Below are positions 1 through 9,732 of a DNA stretch of 64,000 bases, piece by piece. Source of the stretch: Bacilli bacterium (lineage in GTDB: Bacteria > Bacillota_I > Bacilli_A > ML615J-28 > CAG-313); assembly GCA_045589955.1 (NCBI GenBank), contig JAZNQD010000064.1, forward strand, positions 32,203 to 96,202, in the 5' to 3' direction. The notes under the pieces were generated by a model that worked only from the letters and a program-made list of their open reading frames with translations, did not search any database and was not told the DNA's origin. Position 1 is the stretch's first letter, and every line of letters starts with the position of its first letter. The translations under genes were made by a program, and so were the position numbers.

Positions 1-2
1 TA

Positions 3-2435
3 CCAAGACAACTTTCTCAAGCCTTTGTTAATAACCAAAAAAATTTCCTTGTTATTGGAAATGTTGTATTTACAAATTATTCAATTATCAAAAATATTAA
101 AGATCGAATTTCAGGATATTTATTACCAAATATCAAATTCACATATTTTGAGGCTATTGAGTTGGTTGAAGATTCGCAAACAAAGAAACTTCTATCAAAG
201 TATTTTGATCCAAAACTACTTAAAAAAGACCACTTGGATAAAGATGAACTAATTAAATTAATCAGTGATTATTATCATGCAGGTAAGAGCATCATGGGGG
301 TCTTAGAAGTAAAAGACATTAAAATGGACCTAGAAAAATATTGGCAAGAATGTTTCAACTTCTATCGTCTTGTGAGCTTGCATTTAAAGTATACTAGCAA
401 TCTTGAAACTTTTGTTAAAAAACAAATTTCTATTGCACCAATTGAAATTAACAAAGTTATAAATACATTAAAGAGCTTAATCAGTAATTTTAATCTTGCA
501 GATACACATATCAAAGAATTAGAAAAGTATAATATCCATATTTCTTCTGAGTATCCTTTAGATAAGATTAATCAGCTATCTTCTTGGACAACGTATTTAT
601 TAACAGTTATTAATGTTCGCAATGAGACTTATAAAACATTTATAAATCATAATATTACTATTAATGAAATCATTGAATTAATTGAACAAGACAATAATTA
701 TATTAATTTATTAGATAGAATTAATAAAAATGAACCTGATTATATATATTTATTAGGTGAAAGCTACAAGAAATTCGAAACTGTTATTAGTGAAACTGGT
801 AGCGCAATCGACCACTTTGATGGTTTTGTTGAAAAACTAAATGATCAAAACGATGTTGACAAACTTCTTAACACAAAGAACTTTGAAAAATTCTTGAAGA
901 ACACAATGGATATTAGAAAAATGCACAGTGAATGGTTTAACCATTATCGTAACTTTTCTAATTGTTTTGTTCATGGTCAAGCAACAATTCAAACAAATTC
1001 CTTTGATGACGTTTTAGAAGAATTAAAGGAGTATGCTTCAAAAACAGATCAACTTGAAACTGCCCGTAGTGTTATTAATGCTATTGAAGAAATTGATAAA
1101 TTTGGCTTAGAATCATTAGTTAAGATAATTAGAACAAGTGACCATATTGAAAATTTAAAGGCTTCATTCTGTAATGCTATCTATACAAAATATATAAATA
1201 TTTTTGCAAAAAACTATCCGATTTTACTTGATTACAATAAAATAAAAACTAATTTTGAAGAGTTTGAAAAGAATGAACAAAATTTCTGTTTAAATAACAT
1301 TTTAGAAATCAAGAAGATTTGTGCTAAAAAAGGTCGTATTAGAACCGTTAATGCCGAATTCTATGAATATAACAAACATGTAGCAGGAACAATTCGCAAT
1401 AATAACTTATATCTAGCTGATTTAAATATTTTTAATGCCGACTTAGATGTATCTCGATTTGATTTAGTTATTATTGATGACTGTCACCTTTCTACTGCAA
1501 ACAAATATAATCGCCTAGATTATTGTAAACAAGTAATTGTTCTTGGAGATAAATCATTCCAAAGTTCAGTATCAAATTCGTTATTACAACGTATTGGGGA
1601 TGATTCTGTTGTTCAATACTCAAACCGTTATGTTAAAATGACTCCGAAATTTAACAATGTTTGGAATTATTCAAATCGTTATATATATTCATATGAAACA
1701 AGTATTACAACTGAAACAATAGATAATTTAAATGCTTTTGCAAAAGTTATATATGAGTATTTTGTGAAAAATCCTAAAAACATTGTTAATGTTGTTATCG
1801 GAAATGAAGAAACAAGACGTGACTTATACATTGCCATTGTTTCTGCTTTAAGTATGTCTTATACATTTATGGATGTTATTGAGATTCTTACATATCATAT
1901 TCGTTTAATTAATGCCAACGAAGAGGGATCTAAGTACGTTAATGATGTCTTCATTTTCTATACAGATTTCCTTGAATATGATCTACCTCAAAACAATTTA
2001 ATGTTTAAAAATTTTATTGTTGTTGAAAACAGTGTTCGTATATTCTACATTCCTTCAAAAGTTGAAGCTGAAAACAAAAAAATTGAAGATGACATCAACA
2101 AAACAATGGTAAAAGCAGTTGTTAGACAAAAATCAACTAATGGAATTTCAAAAATATTTAACGATGATTTAAAGAATGCAGGTATTAAAGTTAAGACTGG
2201 TTTTGGTAAGTTTGATATAACTATCCAAAAATCAAGTAAACATCCGATTGCAATTATCTTTGAAGGAACAATAGATAATTATTCAAACTCATTAATTGAT
2301 GATTATCATTACTATTACCGACAATATGTAAATCGTGGTTGGGACATAAAGATAATTAATACTTATGAGTTAATTAATAACTATGACCAAATTCTTAAAA
2401 ACATTATTTCTGATATTGAAGGAAAAAATAAGTAA
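3..2435 (+). CDS. 5'-truncated large protein: degenerate SF1 (DNA2/NAM7-like) helicase region plus C-terminal Vsr/restriction-endonuclease-like domain
   Basis: Frame is open from base 3. FDLVIIDDCH and QVIVLGDKSFQ resemble helicase motifs II/III (DEAxQ, GDxxQ). The C-terminal KFDITI...AIIFEG...RGWDIKII resembles Vsr-like/MTES_1575-type domains. Confidence 0.55.
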   Translation, partial: PRQLSQAFVNNQKNFLVIGNVVFTNYSIIKNIKDRISGYLLPNIKFTYFEAIELVEDSQTKKLLSKYFDPKLLKKDHLDKDELIKLISDYYHAGKSIMGVLEVKDIKMDLEKYWQECFNFYRLVSLHLKYTSNLETFVKKQISIAPIEINKVINTLKSLISNFNLADTHIKELEKYNIHISSEYPLDKINQLSSWTTYLLTVINVRNETYKTFINHNITINEIIELIEQDNNYINLLDRINKNEPDYIYLLGESYKKFETVISETGSAIDHFDGFVEKLNDQNDVDKLLNTKNFEKFLKNTMDIRKMHSEWFNHYRNFSNCFVHGQATIQTNSFDDVLEELKEYASKTDQLETARSVINAIEEIDKFGLESLVKIIRTSDHIENLKASFCNAIYTKYINIFAKNYPILLDYNKIKTNFEEFEKNEQNFCLNNILEIKKICAKKGRIRTVNAEFYEYNKHVAGTIRNNNLYLADLNIFNADLDVSRFDLVIIDDCHLSTANKYNRLDYCKQVIVLGDKSFQSSVSNSLLQRIGDDSVVQYSNRYVKMTPKFNNVWNYSNRYIYSYETSITTETIDNLNAFAKVIYEYFVKNPKNIVNVVIGNEETRRDLYIAIVSALSMSYTFMDVIEILTYHIRLINANEEGSKYVNDVFIFYTDFLEYDLPQNNLMFKNFIVVENSVRIFYIPSKVEAENKKIEDDINKTMVKAVVRQKSTNGISKIFNDDLKNAGIKVKTGFGKFDITIQKSSKHPIAIIFEGTIDNYSNSLIDDYHYYYRQYVNRGWDIKIINTYELINNYDQILKNIISDIEGKNK

Positions 2436-2440
2436 TAGTT

Positions 2441-2962
2441 ATGAAATCATTGAATCGTGAAATTATGAAAAGTCTTGTAAAAGAAATCAAAAATCAAAGT
2501 CAAAATGCTCAAACGCTTAAGATAAAAATAAAAGATGCACAAAAAGCAAATTTTGATTTTAATACAAGATATTATGCTAGTAGAACATTACTACACTATG
2601 CAACGATTGCAGATGCACCTGGTGTAGTATCTATGTTAATTAAATTTGGTGTAAATCCAAACCTTTGCGATGAGCGTTATAACACTCCATTACATATGGC
2701 TGTAAACTTAGACCGATATTTAATTATAAAAGAATTATTAAAACATGAAGTAGATATTAATGCTCCAGGGGAGTTTGAACAAACCCCTTTACATTTAGCA
2801 GTTATCAACGGAAACATCGACATTGTTGAATTGCTTGTGGAAAACGGAGCTGATGTCGAACTTGTTGATGAAAAAAACCAAAATGCATTAGATTATGCAA
2901 TAGATGAAAAAAATGAAAAAATATTTAATTTTTTAAATGAAGTAATGAAAAAAAAGGAGTGA
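2441..2962 (+). CDS. Ankyrin repeat protein
   Basis: Repeated TPLHMAV / TPLHLAVINGNIDIVELLVENGAD ankyrin consensus. Confidence 0.9.
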   Translation: MKSLNREIMKSLVKEIKNQSQNAQTLKIKIKDAQKANFDFNTRYYASRTLLHYATIADAPGVVSMLIKFGVNPNLCDERYNTPLHMAVNLDRYLIIKELLKHEVDINAPGEFEQTPLHLAVINGNIDIVELLVENGADVELVDEKNQNALDYAIDEKNEKIFNFLNEVMKKKE

Positions 2963-2966
2963 CAAT

Positions 2967-3770
2967 ATGTTTAACGCTAACATATTAAGCGTATCTAGTA
3001 TTATTTCTGACTATATCAAAGAAGGTAAAATTGTTAATTTAGTAATTGACTGTCTTTTAGTTCTTGCGATAGTTATTCTTGGACTTGTACTAGCTTTTAA
3101 ATACGTTAAAAAAACATATGTAGTTTTAGGCTCACTTGGGTTAATAGTTGCCTTAATTTTGTGTGAAGTCTTTAAATTACAAATACTTCCTTGGTTACTG
3201 TACATTGTTTTTGCTGTTGTTGTTTGTTTGTTAAGTTTTATGGTTGCAAGCCACTTAAAAAATGTCATAAATACTAAACAAAAACAAAAGAATCAAAAGA
3301 ACTTTGTTTTTAACCAAGAAGCTAAAGAAGAATTAATTGAAACACTAATTAAAACAGTTGAACACTTAAGTGCTCGCCGTATAGGTGCAATTATTTCTTT
3401 AGAAAAACAAAATACTTTAACTGCTTTTATTACAAGTGGGGTTAGAATTGATGCTTTAGTTACTACTGACTTATTAAATACAATTTTCTTCCCTAATACA
3501 GCTCTTCATGATGGTGCTGTAATTATCAGAGGAAACCGTGTTATTTATGCTGGTGCATATTACCCTTCATGTGAAAAAGCTGATATCCCTCAAAGCTATG
3601 GTACAAGACACCGTGCTGCAATCGGTATTAGTGAAAAAACCGATGCTTTTACAATTGTTGTTTCTGAAGAAACAGGTCGTATTTCTGTTACTATTGCCGG
3701 AACAATTACAAGTGGAATCTCATTAGATAGTTTAAGAGTTTCACTAAACCAACATGTTATTATTCAATAA
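2967..3770 (+). CDS. cdaA: Membrane-bound diadenylate cyclase (DAC domain, CdaA type)
   Basis: Three N-terminal TM segments; catalytic LHDGAVII (DGA) and GTRHRAA (RHR) motifs; VVSEETG. Confidence 0.92.
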   Translation: MFNANILSVSSIISDYIKEGKIVNLVIDCLLVLAIVILGLVLAFKYVKKTYVVLGSLGLIVALILCEVFKLQILPWLLYIVFAVVVCLLSFMVASHLKNVINTKQKQKNQKNFVFNQEAKEELIETLIKTVEHLSARRIGAIISLEKQNTLTAFITSGVRIDALVTTDLLNTIFFPNTALHDGAVIIRGNRVIYAGAYYPSCEKADIPQSYGTRHRAAIGISEKTDAFTIVVSEETGRISVTIAGTITSGISLDSLRVSLNQHVIIQ

Positions 3771-3785
3771 TAAAGGAGTTAAAAT

Positions 3786-4979
3786 ATGGGAGTTACATTT
3801 GTCGCAATATTTACAACAGCTGTTGTAACCGCAGTAATTGTATTTGAAGTAATTAAAATATTACTTTATAAAACATATACTTTATCTGATGTCGCCCTAG
3901 CAATTATTTTGACTATTCTTTCATGTGTATATGCTTTTGTAGCTCATTTACACCTTGCTATTGAAATCACTGGTGCAATCTTGTTATGTCTTGGAGATGT
4001 TTTATTACTTACAGTATCACTATTTTACTTTGTTGAAAAAACAAGATTGTATTTAATGTATAATAAAAAACTTACTCGTTTTTTAAAAGAATCAGAATAT
4101 GATTTTTATATTCAAGTAAACCAAAAAAATAAAATACGTGATTTTGGCACTTCTTTATTAAAAACAGCAGGATTAACAAAGAAGGATGTCCTTAAAAAGG
4201 ATGTTTGGCACTTTTTATTCGATACACTTGAAATCTTAACAATTAATAAACTTGAAGCAACTACTGCTAATTTTAATAACTTCGTTTCTGAATATGAGGC
4301 CGCAACTTCTAAGTTCAAAACATATAACTTTGAAATGAAAATTGTTATTAAAGAAAGTGATGTAACATATAAGGGTATTATCGAACCAATCTATCTAGGC
4401 AATCACTTAATTGGTCGCAATATCTATTTCTATGTTGATCGAATGAAAAACATTCAACGTCTTAAAGATGAACTTAATAATGCTATTAACGATATTGAAA
4501 AACTGAGAAATCAAAACTATGCAATGATGAGTTTAGCTGATGGTGTATTGATGTATTTTGATTACGAAACAAAATATTATGTAGCTACAGAAAGCTTCTG
4601 TCGTTTTACAAATACTCATCAAAGAGAATATACTTTTGAAGAAATTATTAACTTCATTCATCCAGATGATTTAGAACGTTATATTGAACAATCAGAAACA
4701 ATTAATAGCGCCTCTGTTACAAGATTAAAATTTAGATTACTAATTAATGATACATATTATAATGTGATGGAAGACTCAATATATTTAAATGGTGATACTG
4801 ATCTTGTTTCAATTATTCGCATTTGTGAAAAGAATGAAGAATTAGGGGAAGACTCTGTTTTCTCAACTTATGAAGCAACAAAGATTATTGAAACTTTAAG
4901 TACTACTAATATTGAAGCGGTAATCGAAAAAACAAAAAATATTCTTGATACTGTCATTGGAGATGAAACTGATGAATAA
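3786..4979 (+). CDS. Membrane protein with PAS-like sensory domains and no evident output domain
   Basis: Three hydrophobic N-terminal helices, a coiled-coil linker, and an IHPDDLERY PAS_3-type motif. Confidence 0.6.
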   Translation: MGVTFVAIFTTAVVTAVIVFEVIKILLYKTYTLSDVALAIILTILSCVYAFVAHLHLAIEITGAILLCLGDVLLLTVSLFYFVEKTRLYLMYNKKLTRFLKESEYDFYIQVNQKNKIRDFGTSLLKTAGLTKKDVLKKDVWHFLFDTLEILTINKLEATTANFNNFVSEYEAATSKFKTYNFEMKIVIKESDVTYKGIIEPIYLGNHLIGRNIYFYVDRMKNIQRLKDELNNAINDIEKLRNQNYAMMSLADGVLMYFDYETKYYVATESFCRFTNTHQREYTFEEIINFIHPDDLERYIEQSETINSASVTRLKFRLLINDTYYNVMEDSIYLNGDTDLVSIIRICEKNEELGEDSVFSTYEATKIIETLSTTNIEAVIEKTKNILDTVIGDETDE

Positions 4980-6099
4980 TGTTAGTGCAATTTTATTAAT
5001 GGCTGGTAGCAGTAATCGCTTTGCCCAAAACATTAATAAAACACTTTATGAACTTAATAGTAAGCACTTATTCTTATACTCAATTGAAAAGTTCAATAAA
5101 CTAAATATTCAAAATATTTACTTAGTAATTCGAAAAGAAGATGAAGAACAAATCGTTGATATTTTGAATAATACAGGTAATCTAAATATTAATATTGTTT
5201 GTGGTGGAACAGAAAGACATGAAAGTGTAAAAAATGCTTTAAAGTTAATTAAAACAAAATATGTTTTGATTCATGATGCGGCGCGTCCTTTAACAAACAT
5301 TGAAGATATTAAAAGACTTTATCAGGATGTTGTCTTAGAAAACACTATTTGTGGAAGCTTGTATCATGATGTTATTGATACAATCAAGGAAGTAAGTTTA
5401 GATGTAAGACATTTAGATCGTAGAGTATTAAAAGCAGTAACTACACCTCAAATCTTTAGGAATGATGGATATAAACAAATTTTAGACAACACTTCATTAG
5501 TAACTGATGAACTATCGATCTTTAAAAATCAAAAAATAACATTTACTAAAGAAACATCAACTAATATTAAAGTTACCACAAAAGAAGATTATGAATATGT
5601 AAATTATTTGTTAAATAAGGATCAAACATATAAAATAGGTCATTCTTTTGACTACCATAACTTTTTAGAAGGCAATGAATTAGTATTAGGTGGGGTACAT
5701 ATTCCTTGTTCATTTGGACTTGAAGGATATAGTGATGCTGATGTTGTTTATCACTCTGTTTGCGAGGCAATTCTTGGGGCACTTGGACTTGGTGATATTG
5801 GTACGGTTTTTCCTGATAATAAGATTGAAAACTACAAACGAAATTCGTTAGACTTTGTTGAATATGCTTTTAATAAACTTAAGGAATTCCACTATGAAGT
5901 TGTGAATGTTGATATGATGATTTATCTTCAAAAACCAAATTTAAAAGAATACAAGTTTTTAATTGCTCAAAATATTAAAAAAGTTTTAAATACTGATTCT
6001 GTTAATGTGAAAGCAACAACCCTTGAAAAACAAGGATTGATTGGAACATGTAAAGGAATCGGAACAGAAACAGTCATACTAATTAAAAAGATAGTGTAA
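4972..6099 (+). CDS. ispDF: Bifunctional IspD/IspF (MEP pathway)
   Basis: IspD motifs GGTERHESV, LIHDAARP, TPQ. IspF motifs IGHSFDYH, SDADVVYH, GDIG..FPD, NVKATT. GGAG RBS precedes ATG 4972. Confidence 0.93.
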   Translation: MNNVSAILLMAGSSNRFAQNINKTLYELNSKHLFLYSIEKFNKLNIQNIYLVIRKEDEEQIVDILNNTGNLNINIVCGGTERHESVKNALKLIKTKYVLIHDAARPLTNIEDIKRLYQDVVLENTICGSLYHDVIDTIKEVSLDVRHLDRRVLKAVTTPQIFRNDGYKQILDNTSLVTDELSIFKNQKITFTKETSTNIKVTTKEDYEYVNYLLNKDQTYKIGHSFDYHNFLEGNELVLGGVHIPCSFGLEGYSDADVVYHSVCEAILGALGLGDIGTVFPDNKIENYKRNSLDFVEYAFNKLKEFHYEVVNVDMMIYLQKPNLKEYKFLIAQNIKKVLNTDSVNVKATTLEKQGLIGTCKGIGTETVILIKKIV

Positions 6100-6113
6100 T
6101 ACTATCTTTTTTT
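6085..6113 (+). terminator. Intrinsic terminator after ispDF
   Basis: aaaaagatagt-gtaat-actatcttttt hairpin with T tract. Confidence 0.7.
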
Positions 6114-6157
6114 GTTATTTTATATAGAAAATATTCATAAAATGTATTAGTGATCAT

Positions 6158-6781
6158 ATGTTAAAAAAAGTAATCCTGGTTTTAATAATGTTATTAATTA
6201 TTGCGATACCGGCAATGCTCTTGGCAATGAGTGATAATTATTTTAGTGAGCGAACAGATATCTATATTAAGCAACATGTTAAGGAAAAGACATCTGATAT
6301 TTATGCTAATGTTATTAAAGAAGAATTTAAAGCAATCTATGATGTTGATGAACTTGTTAGTTATAAATTTAATAATAACAATGAAATCGAAAGTGTTCTT
6401 ATAAACAGTTCCAAAGTTAATGATATTATATATATAGCATCATCTTTAATTTCTCAGTCTATCAAAGAAGGAGTTATTGAAAAAGAACTAGAAGAAATAT
6501 CTTTTCCGATTGGTCAGCTAATATCAAAATCAATTTTTGCAGGAGAAGGTCCAGATATTCATATTGAAGTTGATCCAATTACATCATACGAAGTTGATAT
6601 TGAAACCAATATGAAAGAATATGGAATCAATAATATGATATTTGAAATCTATCTTGTTTGTAAAATTGAAATGGAAGTAATGATCCCCTTAAAACAAGAA
6701 AAGATTGTTTGTGATAATAAAACATTAATTTTATCACAAATCCTTCCTGGGGAAGTCCCATATTTTTATTATAAAGCTTAA
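6158..6781 (+). CDS. yunB: Sporulation protein YunB family
   Basis: N-terminal TM; ISFPIGQL...FAGEGPDI, EYGINN, and C-terminal GEVPYFY typical of YunB. Confidence 0.8.
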   Translation: MLKKVILVLIMLLIIAIPAMLLAMSDNYFSERTDIYIKQHVKEKTSDIYANVIKEEFKAIYDVDELVSYKFNNNNEIESVLINSSKVNDIIYIASSLISQSIKEGVIEKELEEISFPIGQLISKSIFAGEGPDIHIEVDPITSYEVDIETNMKEYGINNMIFEIYLVCKIEMEVMIPLKQEKIVCDNKTLILSQILPGEVPYFYYKA

Positions 6782-6855
6782 AACATTAGTTTTAAGTTTT
6801 TTAACATATTAATACAAAAATATAATGATTTGTAGTATAATATGTAATTGAGGTA

Positions 6856-7101
6856 ATGATTATGGAAAATACATTAAAATTAATAAAAAAGACTATTAAA
6901 AAAATTCGCCCTTATATTAACTCTGATGGTGGGGATTTAGAATTTGTAAAATTTGAAGAAGGCATTGTTTATATTCGTTTATTAGGTGCATGTGTGGGAT
7001 GCTCATCTGCCGATACTACGGTAAAAGGTGGAATTGAAACAATGTTCTTAGAAGAAGTACCAGGCGTAATCGGAGTTGAACAAGTCAAGGACCAAGAATA
7101 G
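6856..7101 (+). CDS. NifU/Nfu-type Fe-S cluster scaffold
   Basis: IRPYINSDGGDLE...LLGACVGC (CxxC) motif. Confidence 0.9.
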   Translation: MIMENTLKLIKKTIKKIRPYINSDGGDLEFVKFEEGIVYIRLLGACVGCSSADTTVKGGIETMFLEEVPGVIGVEQVKDQE

Positions 7102-7111
7102 AGGTGTCTTT

Positions 7112-7474
7112 ATGTGTGAAAACGAAAATAAAATTCAACATCAGCCTGGAGACATTGTTTATGGCAAGATTACAAATATCTTAGGATATGGTGCTTTTGT
7201 TCTTGTTGATGATTATGATGGGCTTGTTCATATTTCTGAATTCTCAGATGGATTTGTAAGAAACATCAATGATTTTGTAAAAGTTGGACAAGAAATAAAA
7301 TTACGTATTATTGAAATAGATGAAGAAAGTAAAAGAATGAAGTTAAGTTATAAACAAATTCATAAAACTCGTGGTGTTAGATGCCGTGTTCCAGAATATA
7401 AGATTGGGTTTGAAACAATCGAAAACAAACTTGCATCTTGGATGGAAGAATATGAATACGATAAAAAGAATTAG
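7112..7474 (+). CDS. S1 RNA-binding protein (GSP13/CvfD family)
   Basis: GKITNILGYGAFV...GLVHISE S1 motif; GAGGTG RBS before ATG 7112. Confidence 0.85.
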   Translation: MCENENKIQHQPGDIVYGKITNILGYGAFVLVDDYDGLVHISEFSDGFVRNINDFVKVGQEIKLRIIEIDEESKRMKLSYKQIHKTRGVRCRVPEYKIGFETIENKLASWMEEYEYDKKN

Positions 7475-7988
7475 TTTTTTATCAATACTGATAATTGTTC
7501 TTTTGACACTGACTTCATGTAGAAAGGATCAAATGTTAAGTAACTATCAAAGTCTTAAAGATAAAAATCATATATATAAAGTTTGTCAACCAAAGGAAAT
7601 AATTGAACTATTGAATTCAAAGGAAAGAGCAGTTATTATTTTTTCTTTTCCGGAATGTCCTTGGTGTCAAGCATCAATCCCTTATTTAAATGAAATTGCT
7701 AAAGAACAAAATTATGATAAAATATATTATTTAAATATATTAAAGATTCGCGAAGAAAATAGTGAGGAATATCTAACTATCTTTAATAAAATCCGCTATG
7801 ATATTGGCAATCCTGAAAAGATTAATGCACCGACAGTTATTGTTATTGATAATGGGAAAGTCTTAGGTTATCATATTGATACAGTTGAAAGCCATGTGAA
7901 AAATGATAATGATGTTTTAATGCCAATGAATGAGGAACAAATTGAGGAATTAAAAAATATTTATCGCGAACTTTTAAATCTTAAATAA
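7452..7988 (+). CDS. Thioredoxin-fold lipoprotein
   Basis: Lipobox LTSC; CPWC active site; APT cis-Pro motif. Confidence 0.75.
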   Translation: MNTIKRISFLSILIIVLLTLTSCRKDQMLSNYQSLKDKNHIYKVCQPKEIIELLNSKERAVIIFSFPECPWCQASIPYLNEIAKEQNYDKIYYLNILKIREENSEEYLTIFNKIRYDIGNPEKINAPTVIVIDNGKVLGYHIDTVESHVKNDNDVLMPMNEEQIEELKNIYRELLNLK

Positions 7989-8031
7989 GAATAAAAACAC
8001 AAAGTTAAAAATAAAATATAAGGGTGATTGT

Positions 8032-8676
8032 ATGCTTAAGAAAATTATTTTATTTTTAACTTTATTTTTAACGACTAATGCGGTTATCGCAACAACAGTA
8101 ATAATGGAAAACAACAAACCTGTCATTTATCTTGATCCAGGTCATGGTGGATATGATGGTGGATGTGTTTCTTATAATAAAGATATAATAGAAAAAAACG
8201 TTACGCTAAACATTTCTTTAGCAGTTAAACGTAAATTACAACTTTTAGGGTATAAAGTTATCTTGACAAGAGATACAGATGTTGCCTTAGGGAAAACAAA
8301 GAAAGAAGATATATATAACCGAGTTGATTTAATTAATAAATCCGATGCTTCACTTTACTTAAGCATTCATGCTAATAGCTTTACATCGGGTGATATTAAA
8401 GGTGCTCAAACATTTTATAACCCAAGTAATGATATTAACCGTGACTTAGCAATTACGATGCTTGAAAAAGTAAGATCGCTTGATCCGAGCAATAATCGTG
8501 TTGCTAAAAGCATGACGGGTAAATATTTGCTTGATCATGTTAATGTCCCTGGATGCTTGATTGAGGTTGGATTTATAACTAATATGGAAGATCTAAGAAA
8601 CTTAACTGATGACGCTTATATAAATGACCTTGCAATGCTGATAAGCATAGCAATCAACGAAGTATATAAAAGGTAA
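8032..8676 (+). CDS. N-acetylmuramoyl-L-alanine amidase (Amidase_3, CwlD-like)
   Basis: LDPGHGGYDGG, EK, LTRDTD, SIHAN, GAQTFY, IEVGF motifs; signal/anchor sequence. Confidence 0.88.
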   Translation: MLKKIILFLTLFLTTNAVIATTVIMENNKPVIYLDPGHGGYDGGCVSYNKDIIEKNVTLNISLAVKRKLQLLGYKVILTRDTDVALGKTKKEDIYNRVDLINKSDASLYLSIHANSFTSGDIKGAQTFYNPSNDINRDLAITMLEKVRSLDPSNNRVAKSMTGKYLLDHVNVPGCLIEVGFITNMEDLRNLTDDAYINDLAMLISIAINEVYKR

Positions 8677-8681
8677 TAATT

Positions 8682-9173
8682 ATGAACAATCAAGCTATTA
8701 AAGTAAAAGTAAAGAACATTGAACAAATGATGGGCCTTGGAGAACTAGTTGCAAAATATTCAACTCCTAATCTTGTTATTGGCTTAAATGGAGATCTTGG
8801 TGCAGGTAAAACAGTTCTTACTAAAGGTATTGGAAGATACTTAGGTATTAAGCGTGTTATTAACAGCCCAACATTTACAATTATGAAAATCTATGATACA
8901 ACAAATGAACAAATTAAGAAGTTATATCATTTAGATGTATATCGTTTAGATAATGCAGAAAGTGACTTTGAATTAGAAGAATATTTTTACTTAGATGGCT
9001 TAACTGTTATTGAATGGTCAATTATTATCGAAGACATTCTTCCTGTTGATATGTGGAATATTAAAATCAGTATTTTAAGTGAAAATGAAAGAATAGTTGA
9101 GATTGAACACAACTTGAATAATAATGAATTAGAAGAAGCGTTAAAGGAGCAAAATTATGAAATTATATATTGA
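8682..9173 (+). CDS. tsaE: tRNA t6A biosynthesis ATPase TsaE
   Basis: GDLGAGKT, SPTF, HLDVYRL, IEW motifs. Confidence 0.95.
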   Translation: MNNQAIKVKVKNIEQMMGLGELVAKYSTPNLVIGLNGDLGAGKTVLTKGIGRYLGIKRVINSPTFTIMKIYDTTNEQIKKLYHLDVYRLDNAESDFELEEYFYLDGLTVIEWSIIIEDILPVDMWNIKISILSENERIVEIEHNLNNNELEEALKEQNYEIIY

Positions 9174-9732
9174 TAGTTCAACATCATACCTATATTTAGC
9201 AATTCCTTCTATTAATGCTTCATTTGCAAGAAGTGGCAAAAATGACCATTCAGAAACACTTGTTGATTTTTTAGAAAACTTTTTGAAAGAACATCATATT
9301 AATATCCAGGATATTGAAGAAGTAATTGTAGGACGAGGACCTGGTTCATATACTGGTTTAAGAATTGCCGGAACTGTTGGTAAAGTTTTAAGTTTTGCCA
9401 AAAACTTAACTTTTAAATCGTTTTCTTCTTTAGATCTTTTACTTGCAAGTGTAATTAGCAAAAATGGAAAATACTTAGCACGTATTATTGCAAAGAAAAA
9501 CCACTCATATATTAAAGTGGTTGAAGTAAATGATAATCAAATCAATGTTATCCTTGATGATGCATTTGTTGAAGATACAGAACTAGAAAAGTATAGTGAT
9601 TATCAAATGATTGAACCATCAGATGAATTATTTAGTAGTGCTGTACTTGCTAAAAATATTGAGAATAAAAACTTAACAAGAGAAGAAAGTAAGTATGATT
9701 ATGTACCAAACTACTTACGAAGTGGTATTTAA
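9157..9732 (+). CDS. tsaB: tRNA t6A biosynthesis protein TsaB
   Basis: IDSS, HSETL, GRGPGSYTGLRI, PNYLR motifs; position in tsaE-B-rimI-D cluster. Confidence 0.93.
   Translation: MKLYIDSSTSYLYLAIPSINASFARSGKNDHSETLVDFLENFLKEHHINIQDIEEVIVGRGPGSYTGLRIAGTVGKVLSFAKNLTFKSFSSLDLLLASVISKNGKYLARIIAKKNHSYIKVVEVNDNQINVILDDAFVEDTELEKYSDYQMIEPSDELFSSAVLAKNIENKNLTREESKYDYVPNYLRSGI

Noticed and set aside
25-252. 75 aa ORF and other short ORFs overlapping long genes (e.g. 3011-3268, 12469-12759, 21207-21557, 63007-63258)
   Set aside because: Shadow ORFs inside or antisense to well-supported genes, with no recognisable motifs
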